In this document: positions 1-7,911 of the stretch, piece by piece
Numbering within the stretch: position 1 is the first letter of the stretch
Layout: every line of letters starts with the position of its first letter
Assembly (NCBI GenBank): GCA_036504215.1
Contig: DASXVO010000021.1
Location: forward strand, 80,428 to 144,427
Direction: 5' to 3'
Source: Vicinamibacterales bacterium
Lineage (GTDB): Bacteria; Acidobacteriota; Vicinamibacteria; Vicinamibacterales; Fen-181
Length of the DNA: 64,000 nucleotides
Notes under the pieces: model-generated
The model's database searches: none
Seen by the model: the letters and a program-made list of their open reading frames with translations, nothing else
Told to the model about the DNA's origin: nothing
Position numbers and translations under genes: made by a program

Positions 1-1743
1 GTTGTACAGCGTGACGATGTGCAGCACGTTCAGCAGTTGTCGTTTGTACTCGTGCAGTCGTTTCACCTGGACGTCGAACAGCGTGTCGAGATCGATCCCG
101 ACGCCGGTTCTCGCGCGCAGCAGGTCGGCCAGGACGGCTTTGTTGTGGCGCTTGACTTCACGCCATGACTGCCCGAACGCGGGATCGTCGGCCAGCGGTT
201 CGAGCCCGCGCAACTCCTCCAGTTGTTTGATCCAGCGATCGCCGATCCGGCTCGTGATCAGGCCGGTCAATCCGGGATTGCTCAGAACGAGGAAGCGGCG
301 TGGGGTGACGCCGTTGGTCTTGTTGCTGAACTTGTCCGGCGCGATCTCGAAGAAGTCGCGCAGCACGCCTGTCTTCAGGAGTTCGCTGTGCAGTCTCGCG
401 ACGCCGTTGATGGCGTGGCTGCCCACGCAGGCGAGGTTCGCCATGCGGACGAAACGCTCGCCCGTCTCGTCGATGATCGACAACCGCTGAACGCGCTCCT
501 CGTCGCCGGGGTGGAGGCGACGGATGTCGTCGAGGAAACGCTGGTTGATCTCGAAGATGATCTCCAGGTGCCGCGGCAGCACGCTGGCGAAGAGCGGGAC
601 CGGCCAGCGTTCGAGGGCTTCCGGCATCAGGGTGTGATTGGTGTAGCCCAGGATCTTCTGGGTCATCCCCCAGGCGGCATCCCAGCCCACACCGTGCTCA
701 TCGACCAACAGGCGCATCAGTTCGGCGACCGCGATCGCGGGGTGGGTGTCGTTGAGCTGAACGGCCCACTTGTCGGGAAGTTCGTCGAACGTTGTGGTTC
801 GCTGCAGGTAGATGCGGATGATGTCCTGCAGCGCGCACGAGACGAAGAAGTACTGCTGCTGCAGCCGCAGTTGCTTGCCCTGCGGGGACCCGTCGTTGGG
901 GTAGAGCACCTTGGTGATGTTCTCGGATTTCACCTTCTCCTGCACCGCACCGTAGTAGTCGCCGGTATTGAACGCCTGAAAGTCGAAGGACTCGGCGGCC
1001 TCCGCTTTCCAGAGCCGGAGCAGGTTCACCGTGTCGGTGCGATAGCCGACGACCGGAGTGTCACAGGCCGTGCCTCGCACCACCTCGTGGGGAATCCAGC
1101 GCACCCGGGCCACCCCATCCTCGCAGACGCGCTCCGTGTGACCACCGAACTTGACGTCAAAGACGATCTCCGGGCGGGCAATCTCCCAGGGATTGCCAAG
1201 TCGCAGCCATTTGTCGGTCAATTCGACCTGCCAGCCGTCGCGGATGGTCTGGTTGAAGATGCCGAATTCGTACCGAACGCCGTAGCTGATCGACGCCACC
1301 CCGAGCGTGGCCAGCGAATCCAGGAAGCAGGCCGCCAGGCGTCCCAGGCCGCCGTTGCCCAGCCCCGGCTCTACCTCCTGCTCGAGCAACTCCTCCAGGT
1401 CGAGGCCCACCAACCTCATCGCCTCCGCGGCCTGGTCGTAGATGCCCAGGTTCACCAGGTTGTTCCCCAACTGAGGTCCGATCAGGAACTCCGCCGACAG
1501 ATAGGAAATCGAACGGCTGCGCTGCTCGAAGTACGTGTGGGCCGTGCGAATCTGTCGCTGGAGCAGCCGGTCCCGAATGGTGTAGGCCAGGGCCATGTAG
1601 TAGTCATTCCTGGTGGCTACGGCCGGAAACCGGGCCTGAAGGCAGGCCAGATTGTCGCGGAATGCCTGCGCAATGGTGGCCGGGTCGAGCCCAACGCGAA
1701 CATCGGTCACCGTCTCCGGGGTCTCAGAGGGCTGCTTCTCCAT
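1..1743 (-). CDS. glgP: glycogen/alpha-glucan phosphorylase (GT35), N-terminal 581 codons; the C-terminal coding part lies beyond the window edge
   Basis: The reverse frame is open from ATG 1743 to the window edge, so it has no stop and is absent from the track. Hand translation gives MEKQPSETPE..., GNGGLGRLAACFLDSLATLGVASISYGVRYEFGIF and RLHEYKRQLLNVLHIVTLYN, which are hallmark phosphorylase motifs. AGGAGG lies about 11 nt upstream of the ATG. Confidence 0.9.
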   Translation of the reverse strand, partial: MEKQPSETPETVTDVRVGLDPATIAQAFRDNLACLQARFPAVATRNDYYMALAYTIRDRLLQRQIRTAHTYFEQRSRSISYLSAEFLIGPQLGNNLVNLGIYDQAAEAMRLVGLDLEELLEQEVEPGLGNGGLGRLAACFLDSLATLGVASISYGVRYEFGIFNQTIRDGWQVELTDKWLRLGNPWEIARPEIVFDVKFGGHTERVCEDGVARVRWIPHEVVRGTACDTPVVGYRTDTVNLLRLWKAEAAESFDFQAFNTGDYYGAVQEKVKSENITKVLYPNDGSPQGKQLRLQQQYFFVSCALQDIIRIYLQRTTTFDELPDKWAVQLNDTHPAIAVAELMRLLVDEHGVGWDAAWGMTQKILGYTNHTLMPEALERWPVPLFASVLPRHLEIIFEINQRFLDDIRRLHPGDEERVQRLSIIDETGERFVRMANLACVGSHAINGVARLHSELLKTGVLRDFFEIAPDKFSNKTNGVTPRRFLVLSNPGLTGLITSRIGDRWIKQLEELRGLEPLADDPAFGQSWREVKRHNKAVLADLLRARTGVGIDLDTLFDVQVKRLHEYKRQLLNVLHIVTLYN

Positions 1744-2048
1744 GGTGACGCGTTCCTCCTGTACCGTTGCTCCCGACCCTTCACGACCCGGCTCACCGAC
1801 GACACGACGCCGGCGACTGATGGCCCTGTTCACCACCACCCCGTCGTCCGGCCGTCGAGCACCCGGCGATCCGTCTCGTCAATATCGACGCATCGCTGCC
1901 GGCGCGCAATGACTATTTTCCGACCTGGAGCCGGAGCAGGACACGAATCGGCCGGCGCCCGGCCGCCTCGCTGGGTCCGGAACCACCGCCGACGCAGTCG
2001 CAAATCGGCAGGGGTTCCGGAGCCTTTCGACACCCGGGGAGGATTTGA

Positions 2049-2076
2049 TTGACACGGCAGAGCCGGTTGCCATAAT
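2049..2076 (+). promoter_or_regulatory. sigma70-type promoter candidate (TTGACA - 16 nt - CATAAT)
   Basis: TTGACA at 2049-2054 and CATAAT at 2071-2076 are separated by a 16-nt spacer. The pair sits in the largest intergenic gap of the window (1744-2236), 161 nt upstream of the lipoprotein ATG. Confidence 0.4.
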
Positions 2077-2236
2077 GGGCGGGTTCCGAGATGGTCCACG
2101 CCGGGGCTGGTTGGTCGAAGGTCGAAACCTGCTCCCCGCCACCGATGTGTCGGTCGCTCGCGGCGGGCTCTCGCGGAATCGATTGGTTTGGTCGGCAACG
2201 AAGCGGCGCTCGAACCTACGCCGCGGAGGTGAGTCC

Positions 2237-2692
2237 ATGAAGCGTTCACTCGTCCTCGTCCTGGTCGGCGGAATCATGCTATCCGTCGGGTGTTCGCGGG
2301 AGCAGCCAGCCCCGCCGCCGTCCACCGCCGCGGCGTCCGTCCCCGCCGCCGCACCGGCACCTGCCGCCACACCAGTACCTGCCGCGGCTGCAGAGAGCGT
2401 GGCCGAGTTCCCTGACTACCCGGGTGCCGTGCGCATCACATCCGGACAGCGCGCCGAAACGGAACATGGATTCACGCGCAAGTCGGAAGCGAGTTGGACG
2501 TCGGCCGACCCGTATGGCACGGTGGTCGCCTATTACCAGAAGGCCATTGCCGACCGCGGCTGGACCATCACCGCGACCGAGTCGAAGGCCGCCGAGATCG
2601 AATGGCGTCTGGCCAAGGGCACGAGCGTGGGCAAGATCGAGGTCAAGCAGACCGTGCCGGTCACGATCAAGATCGAGCGCAGCGATCGCTGA
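2237..2692 (+). CDS. lipoprotein of unknown function
   Basis: Track ORF 2045..2692 trimmed to ATG 2237, which is preceded by GGAGGTGAG. The N-terminus MKRSLVLVLVGGIMLSVGC is a signal peptide plus lipobox. A Pro/Ala-rich linker follows, then a roughly 100-aa domain. Confidence 0.8.
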   Translation: MKRSLVLVLVGGIMLSVGCSREQPAPPPSTAAASVPAAAPAPAATPVPAAAAESVAEFPDYPGAVRITSGQRAETEHGFTRKSEASWTSADPYGTVVAYYQKAIADRGWTITATESKAAEIEWRLAKGTSVGKIEVKQTVPVTIKIERSDR

Positions 2693-2816
2693 AGTCGGGC
2701 GGCCCCTGGCCGGATGACCGCGATTCGGACGTACTGGCGCCTGACAGCCGACAGTCGTTGGCCACAGGTCAGCGGGATGTGCCGCCCGCGAGCGCGAGCG
2801 GTCCTGGAGGAGTTTC

Positions 2817-3563
2817 ATGTCCTCGATGGTGTGTTCGAAGTGCGGCACCAGCCTGGCCGCTGGTGCGAAATCGTGTCCATCGTGCGGGCAGGCGATTGCG
2901 GCCCCGCCGTCTGCGGCCGCCAAGGCCAAGAGCCTGCCCATGGCGGCGGTGGTGGGACTGGTGGGCGGGTTGGTCGTTCTGCTTGGTGCCGTCACGCTCT
3001 ACCGATCCGGCGTGCTGTCCGGCCCCTCCTCCCCGACAACTCCTGTTGCCGCCACTCAGGCCGCGCAGCCGGCTCCGCCGACGGGAGCTTCGACACCCAG
3101 CGCTCCAGGATCGACAGCGGCGCCCGGGGCGATGGCGGCAGCCGGTGCCACGGCTTCCACGCCTCCGGCTGCTCAGCCGGCGCTGGGCGCAGCCCCATCC
3201 GCGCCAGGCGCCGCGCCGGCGCCCGCGATCCCCGGGACGCCGCCTGCGGTCGCACTACCGGCAAAACCGGCTCCGCCGCCGCCACCGCCGTTCGAGAAGA
3301 CCTACGAGTGTCGTGAGTATGCCGTCTTCGACGTGTCGCCCGAAACGACGATTGTCACCGTTGATGGCGAACTCATCGGGATCGTGGACGAATGGGATGA
3401 TGCGGGCGGGGGAAAGAAGTACGAGTTCAAGCGCGAGGGCGTTCACTACGTCAAGCTGTCGCACCGCGACTACAAGACGGTCTGGCTCAGGTTTATCGTC
3501 AGCAAGAAGGCGGAGCACAAGACGGCGGACGTCGAGCTCGAGCTGAAGAAGAAGAAGGACTAG
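2817..3563 (+). CDS. zinc-ribbon / single-TM / Pro-Ala linker / PEGA-like domain protein
   Basis: N-terminal CSKCG..x11..CPSCG zinc ribbon, a TM helix (MAAVVGLVGGLVVLLGAVTLY), about 110 aa of low-complexity P/A/T/S, and a C-terminal beta-rich domain (VFDVSPETTIVTVDGELIG..HYVKLSHRDYKTV) resembling PEGA domains. Confidence 0.8.
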   Translation: MSSMVCSKCGTSLAAGAKSCPSCGQAIAAPPSAAAKAKSLPMAAVVGLVGGLVVLLGAVTLYRSGVLSGPSSPTTPVAATQAAQPAPPTGASTPSAPGSTAAPGAMAAAGATASTPPAAQPALGAAPSAPGAAPAPAIPGTPPAVALPAKPAPPPPPPFEKTYECREYAVFDVSPETTIVTVDGELIGIVDEWDDAGGGKKYEFKREGVHYVKLSHRDYKTVWLRFIVSKKAEHKTADVELELKKKKD

Positions 3564-3580
3564 CCGGGCCGCGTCGCGAT

Positions 3581-6500
3581 TCACCTGACAGGGGCGGCGG
3601 GCGACGTCGGCTGCGCGGTCGGCGGTGCAGGCGTGGTCGGGGCGCCCGGATTCGGGGCCGCCCCGCCCGGCGAGGCCGGCGCCACGACGCCGCCGACGGC
3701 CGCCACGGGCGCCGCCGCACCGGCAGGCGCCGGCTCTCCGGTCGAACCGGTGAACACGACGAGATACCCGACCCACATGCAGGCGAGCAGGAGCATGTGC
3801 GGCATCAGGCGCGGAATGGCATACTCGGTCGAACGACGGCGCGCAATCATCACGATCGCCACCGCCGAGCCCACCATGCCGCCGGACACCAGCAGGAACG
3901 CGATGAAGGTCACGACGGCCGGACTGATGAACGGCGTCACCGTGTAGGTGGATGTCGCGATCGGCACCTGCCCGACGACCGAGTCCCACACCTTCACGAT
4001 GTAGGCCAGCAGGTTGTAGACGCCGTCCGACAGGAACTCGTGCATCACATGGGCCACGTGGCCGGAGAAGGCCAGTGGCAGGAACGCGATGCCGTAGGCG
4101 GCGGCGTTCACTCCCATCGTCTCGCGCGACGCGGCGGCGGACAGCATCGACGTGACCGCGAACGGCACGAGCGCCAGCAGTCCGAACCCGACGAAGAGGA
4201 TGGTGTGCGCCGTCGCGTCAGACCAGCCGAGCCGTTGCTGGAACGCGATCCACCAGGTCAGCGCCGGAAACTGGTGCTTGGCCATCAGGCCGACCAGGAC
4301 GACCCCAAAGACCGACATCGCGAGCATCGGCTCCTTGTTGCGCCACAGTTCCTGCAGCGGCGGCCGCAGATTCAACTGCAGACCCCGGTTGTCGCACGTG
4401 CGCACGCAGTTCAAGCACATCATGCACTCGGCGTTCGTGTTGATGGACGCCGGGTACGCGAAGAGCGGGCACCCCTCCAGCTCCGCGGTTCCCTTGTGGC
4501 AGGAGTGGTCTCCGCACTGGGTCTGGCAGACCTTCTTGTTGCCTCGAATCTCGAAGATGCTCATCGACGAATACGCACCCAGCACCCCGGCCAGCGGGCA
4601 CAGGTACTTGCAGAACGCCTTCCGCTCGAACAGGACGGTCATGGCCGCGGCGAAGTAGAGGATCACGAGCAGGAAGATCGCCGTCGCCCAGGGCCGGTCG
4701 GCCACGCCGAACAACTCCTCGATGTAGTCCACGAAGATGAACGAGGCCGCGAGCAGCCAGAAATCGAGGCGTTTCAGGATCGCGGGAGCCGGCAGGTTGA
4801 ACCGCTTGACGCGGCCGGCAAGGTCGCCGATGCCGGCAATCGGGCACACGCCGCACCAGATCCGGCCGACCAGGAAGGCCGATACCGGAAGCAGCGGAAA
4901 CCAGACGAGCCAGGTCACCAGCATCCCGGGATTCGTCGCGAATTGAGTCAGCGGGTGACCCGCGGGCAGAGACCCGCCGTACAGCGTGAACAGCGTGACA
5001 ACGGCCACGAACACGATGTCCACCCAGATCAGGGTCGACATCAGCCCCGGGCGGCGGAGGAAATCGCGGATCCGATCGTCCCGGAGGAGGTTCCGCTTGT
5101 GAAACTCCTTCTCCGGGGGCGCGACGAATATCAGGTCGCCCGGGATGATGTTGTCCTGCGAGGCGACCATCGCCGCGCGCTGCATGACGTTCTCGAGTTC
5201 GCGCACGTTGCCCGGCCAGGCGTACGACACGAGTCGCTCGGTGGCCTCCCGCGAGAGCGGCGCCGGCGGCCGCCCCGCGAGCGCAGCGTGGACCTTCAGG
5301 TAGTGCTCGGCCAGCAGCGGGATATCCTTCAGGCGCTGGGTGAGGGCGGGCGAAACCACGGTGCGCTTCGCCACGAGTTCCCGCAGTTCCGGGACCAGTT
5401 GCTCCAGGACCGCCGATTCATCACCGGTCGCGACGAGAATCACCCGTGTCCGACACTGCACCGTGTCCTTCCCCTGGACCCGGTGGAACCACCCGAGCCG
5501 CAGGTATTGCGCCAGCAGTGCCTGCAGGTGCGGCCCGAGCAGTTCGGCGTGCGCGATCATCAGCGTGCCTTCGCCGATCATCTCCAGGTAGCCGATCTGC
5601 GGCTTCCCTGGCGCGTCGGTCCGCGGCTCGAGGCCGAAGATCGCCGCGCCATGGTTGCTCGTCGCCGGATCGCTCAACGAGATTTCGACGTACGGATCGT
5701 CGTGGTGCGGGCCGACCTTGTGGAAATGACGGGCGAACATCCGCTTGCCGGATCCCTGGGGACCGACGATCAGGACGGGCTGGTCGTCCTTCGAGAGCGC
5801 TTCCAGGCGTTCCTTCGCGCGAAGCATCCGCTTGTCTTCGCCGATGATCTCGACGTCGGTCGCGGTGAGGAGGTCGGCGAGGTCGTCGCGGGCGCCTGGC
5901 CCCGGGAGGGCGAGCGCGTGGCGCTTGGTGGTCTGCAGCTTCTTCAGGATCGTGCGCGCGATCTTGTGGCTGTCGTCCGCCTCCTTCTGCATCACGCTGT
6001 CGAGCGAGGCCATCGTCAACTGCAGCACGCACGAGTCCTCGTCGGCGACCAGCGTCTGTGGTGCGGACACGGCGGTCACGAGCGCCCGTTCACCGATGTG
6101 ATTGCCGGCCTCCACGCGGCCCACCGCCCGCTCGCCGCCTTCGTCGTTGATCTCGACGACGCGCAGCGCGCCCCGGTGGACGAAGATGATGCCCTCCATC
6201 GGCGCCGACTGGCGCAGCAGCACGCCCCCCTTCGGCACGATGCGCGCCGTCATCAACTTCGCGGCGGCGGCCAGCGTGGGCAGCTCCAGCGCCCGCAGCA
6301 GATCGCTTCTCCCCATCAGGACCAAGCGCTCGGCGTCGGACACCTCCGGCGAAGGCTCGAGGAATCGCAGGACCGTGCTGCCCAGCTCGATCTTCATTCC
6401 GGCCCGCAGCCGGGTCGTCGTTGTCAGCGCACCGTCGACGTAGGTGCCATTCGAGGACTCGAGGTCGCGGAGGACGTAGTCGCCGTCCTCGTAGAGCACC

Positions 6501-6757
6501 TCGGCGTGCACGCGCGAGACGCCGGAATCGGTCAGCACGATGTCGTTGCCGGTCCCGCGGCCCAGGCGAACCGGCGTCCGGCCGACAAAGACCGAGAGCG
6601 GCCTGGCATCACCGCTGACGACTTCGAGCGTCGCGGGCGCGATCGCGCTGGGAGGCGCGGAACCCGGGCGGCCGGGCACAGGCGCGAGCAGCGTCACCGG
6701 GAGCGGTGCGCGGTCGGCGTCGGATGCGCCGATCCAGGGAGATTTGGGCTGGTTCAT
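3581..6757 (-). CDS. FHA / cNMP-binding-like / degenerate sigma54-type AAA+ protein fused to a NapH/CcoG-like membrane polyferredoxin
   Basis: Track ORF 3581..6763; I prefer ATG 6757, which has GGTGGA 9 nt upstream. FHA at aa ~55-135 (GR..SRVHA..SSNGT). CNB-like at aa ~150-258 (PBC GERALVTAVSAPQT, conserved Arg missing). AAA+ at aa ~305-545 (GPQGSGKR, WPGNVRELEN; no GAFTGA; Walker B DE replaced by AH). At least 8 TM helices follow, with WCGVCP, FCKYLCP, CQTQCGDHSC and CMMCLNCVRTC motifs, then a P/A-rich tail. Confidence 0.88.
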   Translation of the reverse strand: MNQPKSPWIGASDADRAPLPVTLLAPVPGRPGSAPPSAIAPATLEVVSGDARPLSVFVGRTPVRLGRGTGNDIVLTDSGVSRVHAEVLYEDGDYVLRDLESSNGTYVDGALTTTTRLRAGMKIELGSTVLRFLEPSPEVSDAERLVLMGRSDLLRALELPTLAAAAKLMTARIVPKGGVLLRQSAPMEGIIFVHRGALRVVEINDEGGERAVGRVEAGNHIGERALVTAVSAPQTLVADEDSCVLQLTMASLDSVMQKEADDSHKIARTILKKLQTTKRHALALPGPGARDDLADLLTATDVEIIGEDKRMLRAKERLEALSKDDQPVLIVGPQGSGKRMFARHFHKVGPHHDDPYVEISLSDPATSNHGAAIFGLEPRTDAPGKPQIGYLEMIGEGTLMIAHAELLGPHLQALLAQYLRLGWFHRVQGKDTVQCRTRVILVATGDESAVLEQLVPELRELVAKRTVVSPALTQRLKDIPLLAEHYLKVHAALAGRPPAPLSREATERLVSYAWPGNVRELENVMQRAAMVASQDNIIPGDLIFVAPPEKEFHKRNLLRDDRIRDFLRRPGLMSTLIWVDIVFVAVVTLFTLYGGSLPAGHPLTQFATNPGMLVTWLVWFPLLPVSAFLVGRIWCGVCPIAGIGDLAGRVKRFNLPAPAILKRLDFWLLAASFIFVDYIEELFGVADRPWATAIFLLVILYFAAAMTVLFERKAFCKYLCPLAGVLGAYSSMSIFEIRGNKKVCQTQCGDHSCHKGTAELEGCPLFAYPASINTNAECMMCLNCVRTCDNRGLQLNLRPPLQELWRNKEPMLAMSVFGVVLVGLMAKHQFPALTWWIAFQQRLGWSDATAHTILFVGFGLLALVPFAVTSMLSAAASRETMGVNAAAYGIAFLPLAFSGHVAHVMHEFLSDGVYNLLAYIVKVWDSVVGQVPIATSTYTVTPFISPAVVTFIAFLLVSGGMVGSAVAIVMIARRRSTEYAIPRLMPHMLLLACMWVGYLVVFTGSTGEPAPAGAAAPVAAVGGVVAPASPGGAAPNPGAPTTPAPPTAQPTSPAAPVR

Positions 6758-6839
6758 GGCCAATCGTCCACCTTCACCGAGAATCCGGCGAGGTTCCCGC
6801 GCCTGCAGGTGAGCCGTGTGGCGCGGTGTCCCGCCTGTC

Positions 6840-7901
6840 CTATCGCGAGTCCGTGCCGGTCCGCACTCCGGTCCCGATCGGCGCCGGATCTGCGTGATTC
6901 GACTCCACGTAGCCGACCTCGCGATACCGTCTGATCTTCTGCGGCACGGTCACGTTCCAGTATTCGTCGAAGTCGAACGCCGAATAGTCGTGAAAGGGTG
7001 CGAGTCCGGTGTCGACCAGCAGGCACTCGCACCGCCCGGCCGACTCGACGACGAAGATGTTGTTCGGGCTGACCGAGATCTTGGACGAGGGATGGCGCAC
7101 GAACAGGTCGAGGAGGCGTTCGACAAATTGCCGTACGGCGGCACGCACGCGCACGTGCCGCGGGCTCCGCGGGTCGCCGAGCCGGTCGTACAGGACCGCG
7201 AGCGACCCGCCCGCGAGCCGTTCCTTGACGACGAACCTGCCGAACGGATCGACCTCGAGAATGGCCGGCACCGGAATGCCCTCGCCGACGAAGAACGCGG
7301 TCTGCTCGGCTTCGCCGAGCACGTGATCGCGGCAGTAGGGCCGCGGTTTGGCGACCTTGAACACTGCCGTCGGACAGCCTTCGTAATCGAACACGGTGCC
7401 GTTCTCGCCCTCACCGATCTTCGGCAACTTCAGCCGGTAGACGTGGCCCGCCACGTCGAGCGACACTGAGCCGGCCGGCGCGTGCAACCCCTTGAGCACG
7501 TGGCTCGTCTCGTTGTCGAGGTACAGCTCGCGGAGATCACCGGCCAGGCTCTGCACCGAGTCGGAAGACCCGAACCCGAGCCCCCTTTCGGATCGGTCCT
7601 CCCGCAGAAACAGGCCGTGGTAGCCGGCCGCGCGCAGATCCCTCACGAGGTCCGCGACCCGGTCATAGGGGAACGCGAACAGCACCTCGATGAGGCGAGC
7701 CTCGCGCCCGGAGAGCGATCGGTAGCCGCACACGCGGCACTCGTCGACCCGGACGCGCGGAATGCTGATGTTGGAGCCGTCGACCATGACCTCGTGCGAC
7801 GTCTCGACGGTGGTCAGGATACCCTCCTCGCAACGCGGGCAGATCTCGGCGCGCGAGGAAGAGTTCGTCCCGGCTGAGGTGGTGGAGGGAAACTCGCTCA
7901 C
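6840..7901 (-). CDS. MqsA/YgiT-type zinc-ribbon protein with C-terminal protein-kinase-like (possibly pseudokinase) domain
   Basis: GTG start at 7901 with GAGG 6 nt upstream, 10 nt after the stop of the upstream gene. Zinc ribbon CPRCEEG..x30..CRVCG. Gly-loop GEGENGTV, beta3 FKVAKP, catalytic-loop position ISVSPNNIFV (Asp replaced by Ser), LVDTG in place of DFG. Clear paralog of 7912..9117. Confidence 0.85.
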   Translation of the reverse strand: MSEFPSTTSAGTNSSSRAEICPRCEEGILTTVETSHEVMVDGSNISIPRVRVDECRVCGYRSLSGREARLIEVLFAFPYDRVADLVRDLRAAGYHGLFLREDRSERGLGFGSSDSVQSLAGDLRELYLDNETSHVLKGLHAPAGSVSLDVAGHVYRLKLPKIGEGENGTVFDYEGCPTAVFKVAKPRPYCRDHVLGEAEQTAFFVGEGIPVPAILEVDPFGRFVVKERLAGGSLAVLYDRLGDPRSPRHVRVRAAVRQFVERLLDLFVRHPSSKISVSPNNIFVVESAGRCECLLVDTGLAPFHDYSAFDFDEYWNVTVPQKIRRYREVGYVESNHADPAPIGTGVRTGTDSR

Positions 7902-7911
7902 AGTCGCCTCG

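Noticed and set aside
223-2052. 609-aa plus-strand ORF covering the start of the window.
   Set aside because: It lies antisense to an unmistakable glycogen phosphorylase reading frame on the minus strand. Its translation is an Arg/Asp/Val/Gly-rich string with no motif, which is the typical GC-rich antisense artefact.
2077-2143. tRNA-like or ykkC/guanidine-riboswitch-like appearance of the leader (GGGCGGG...CCCCGCC-ACC; GGGTTCCG followed by GGTCC).
   Set aside because: It is only about 64 nt long, with no D-arm or anticodon arm and a 6-nt pseudo T-loop, so it is not a tRNA. The two ykkC-like words are adjacent instead of separated by a helix, and the conserved ACGG / GCCCGGGAGA elements are absent. 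It is kept only as a generic leader observation.
3797-6934. 1045-aa plus-strand ORF.
   Set aside because: It is antisense to the FHA/CNB/AAA+/polyferredoxin gene. The product is dominated by R, H, D, G and Q runs without any recognisable domain, whereas the minus-strand frame carries multiple canonical motifs.
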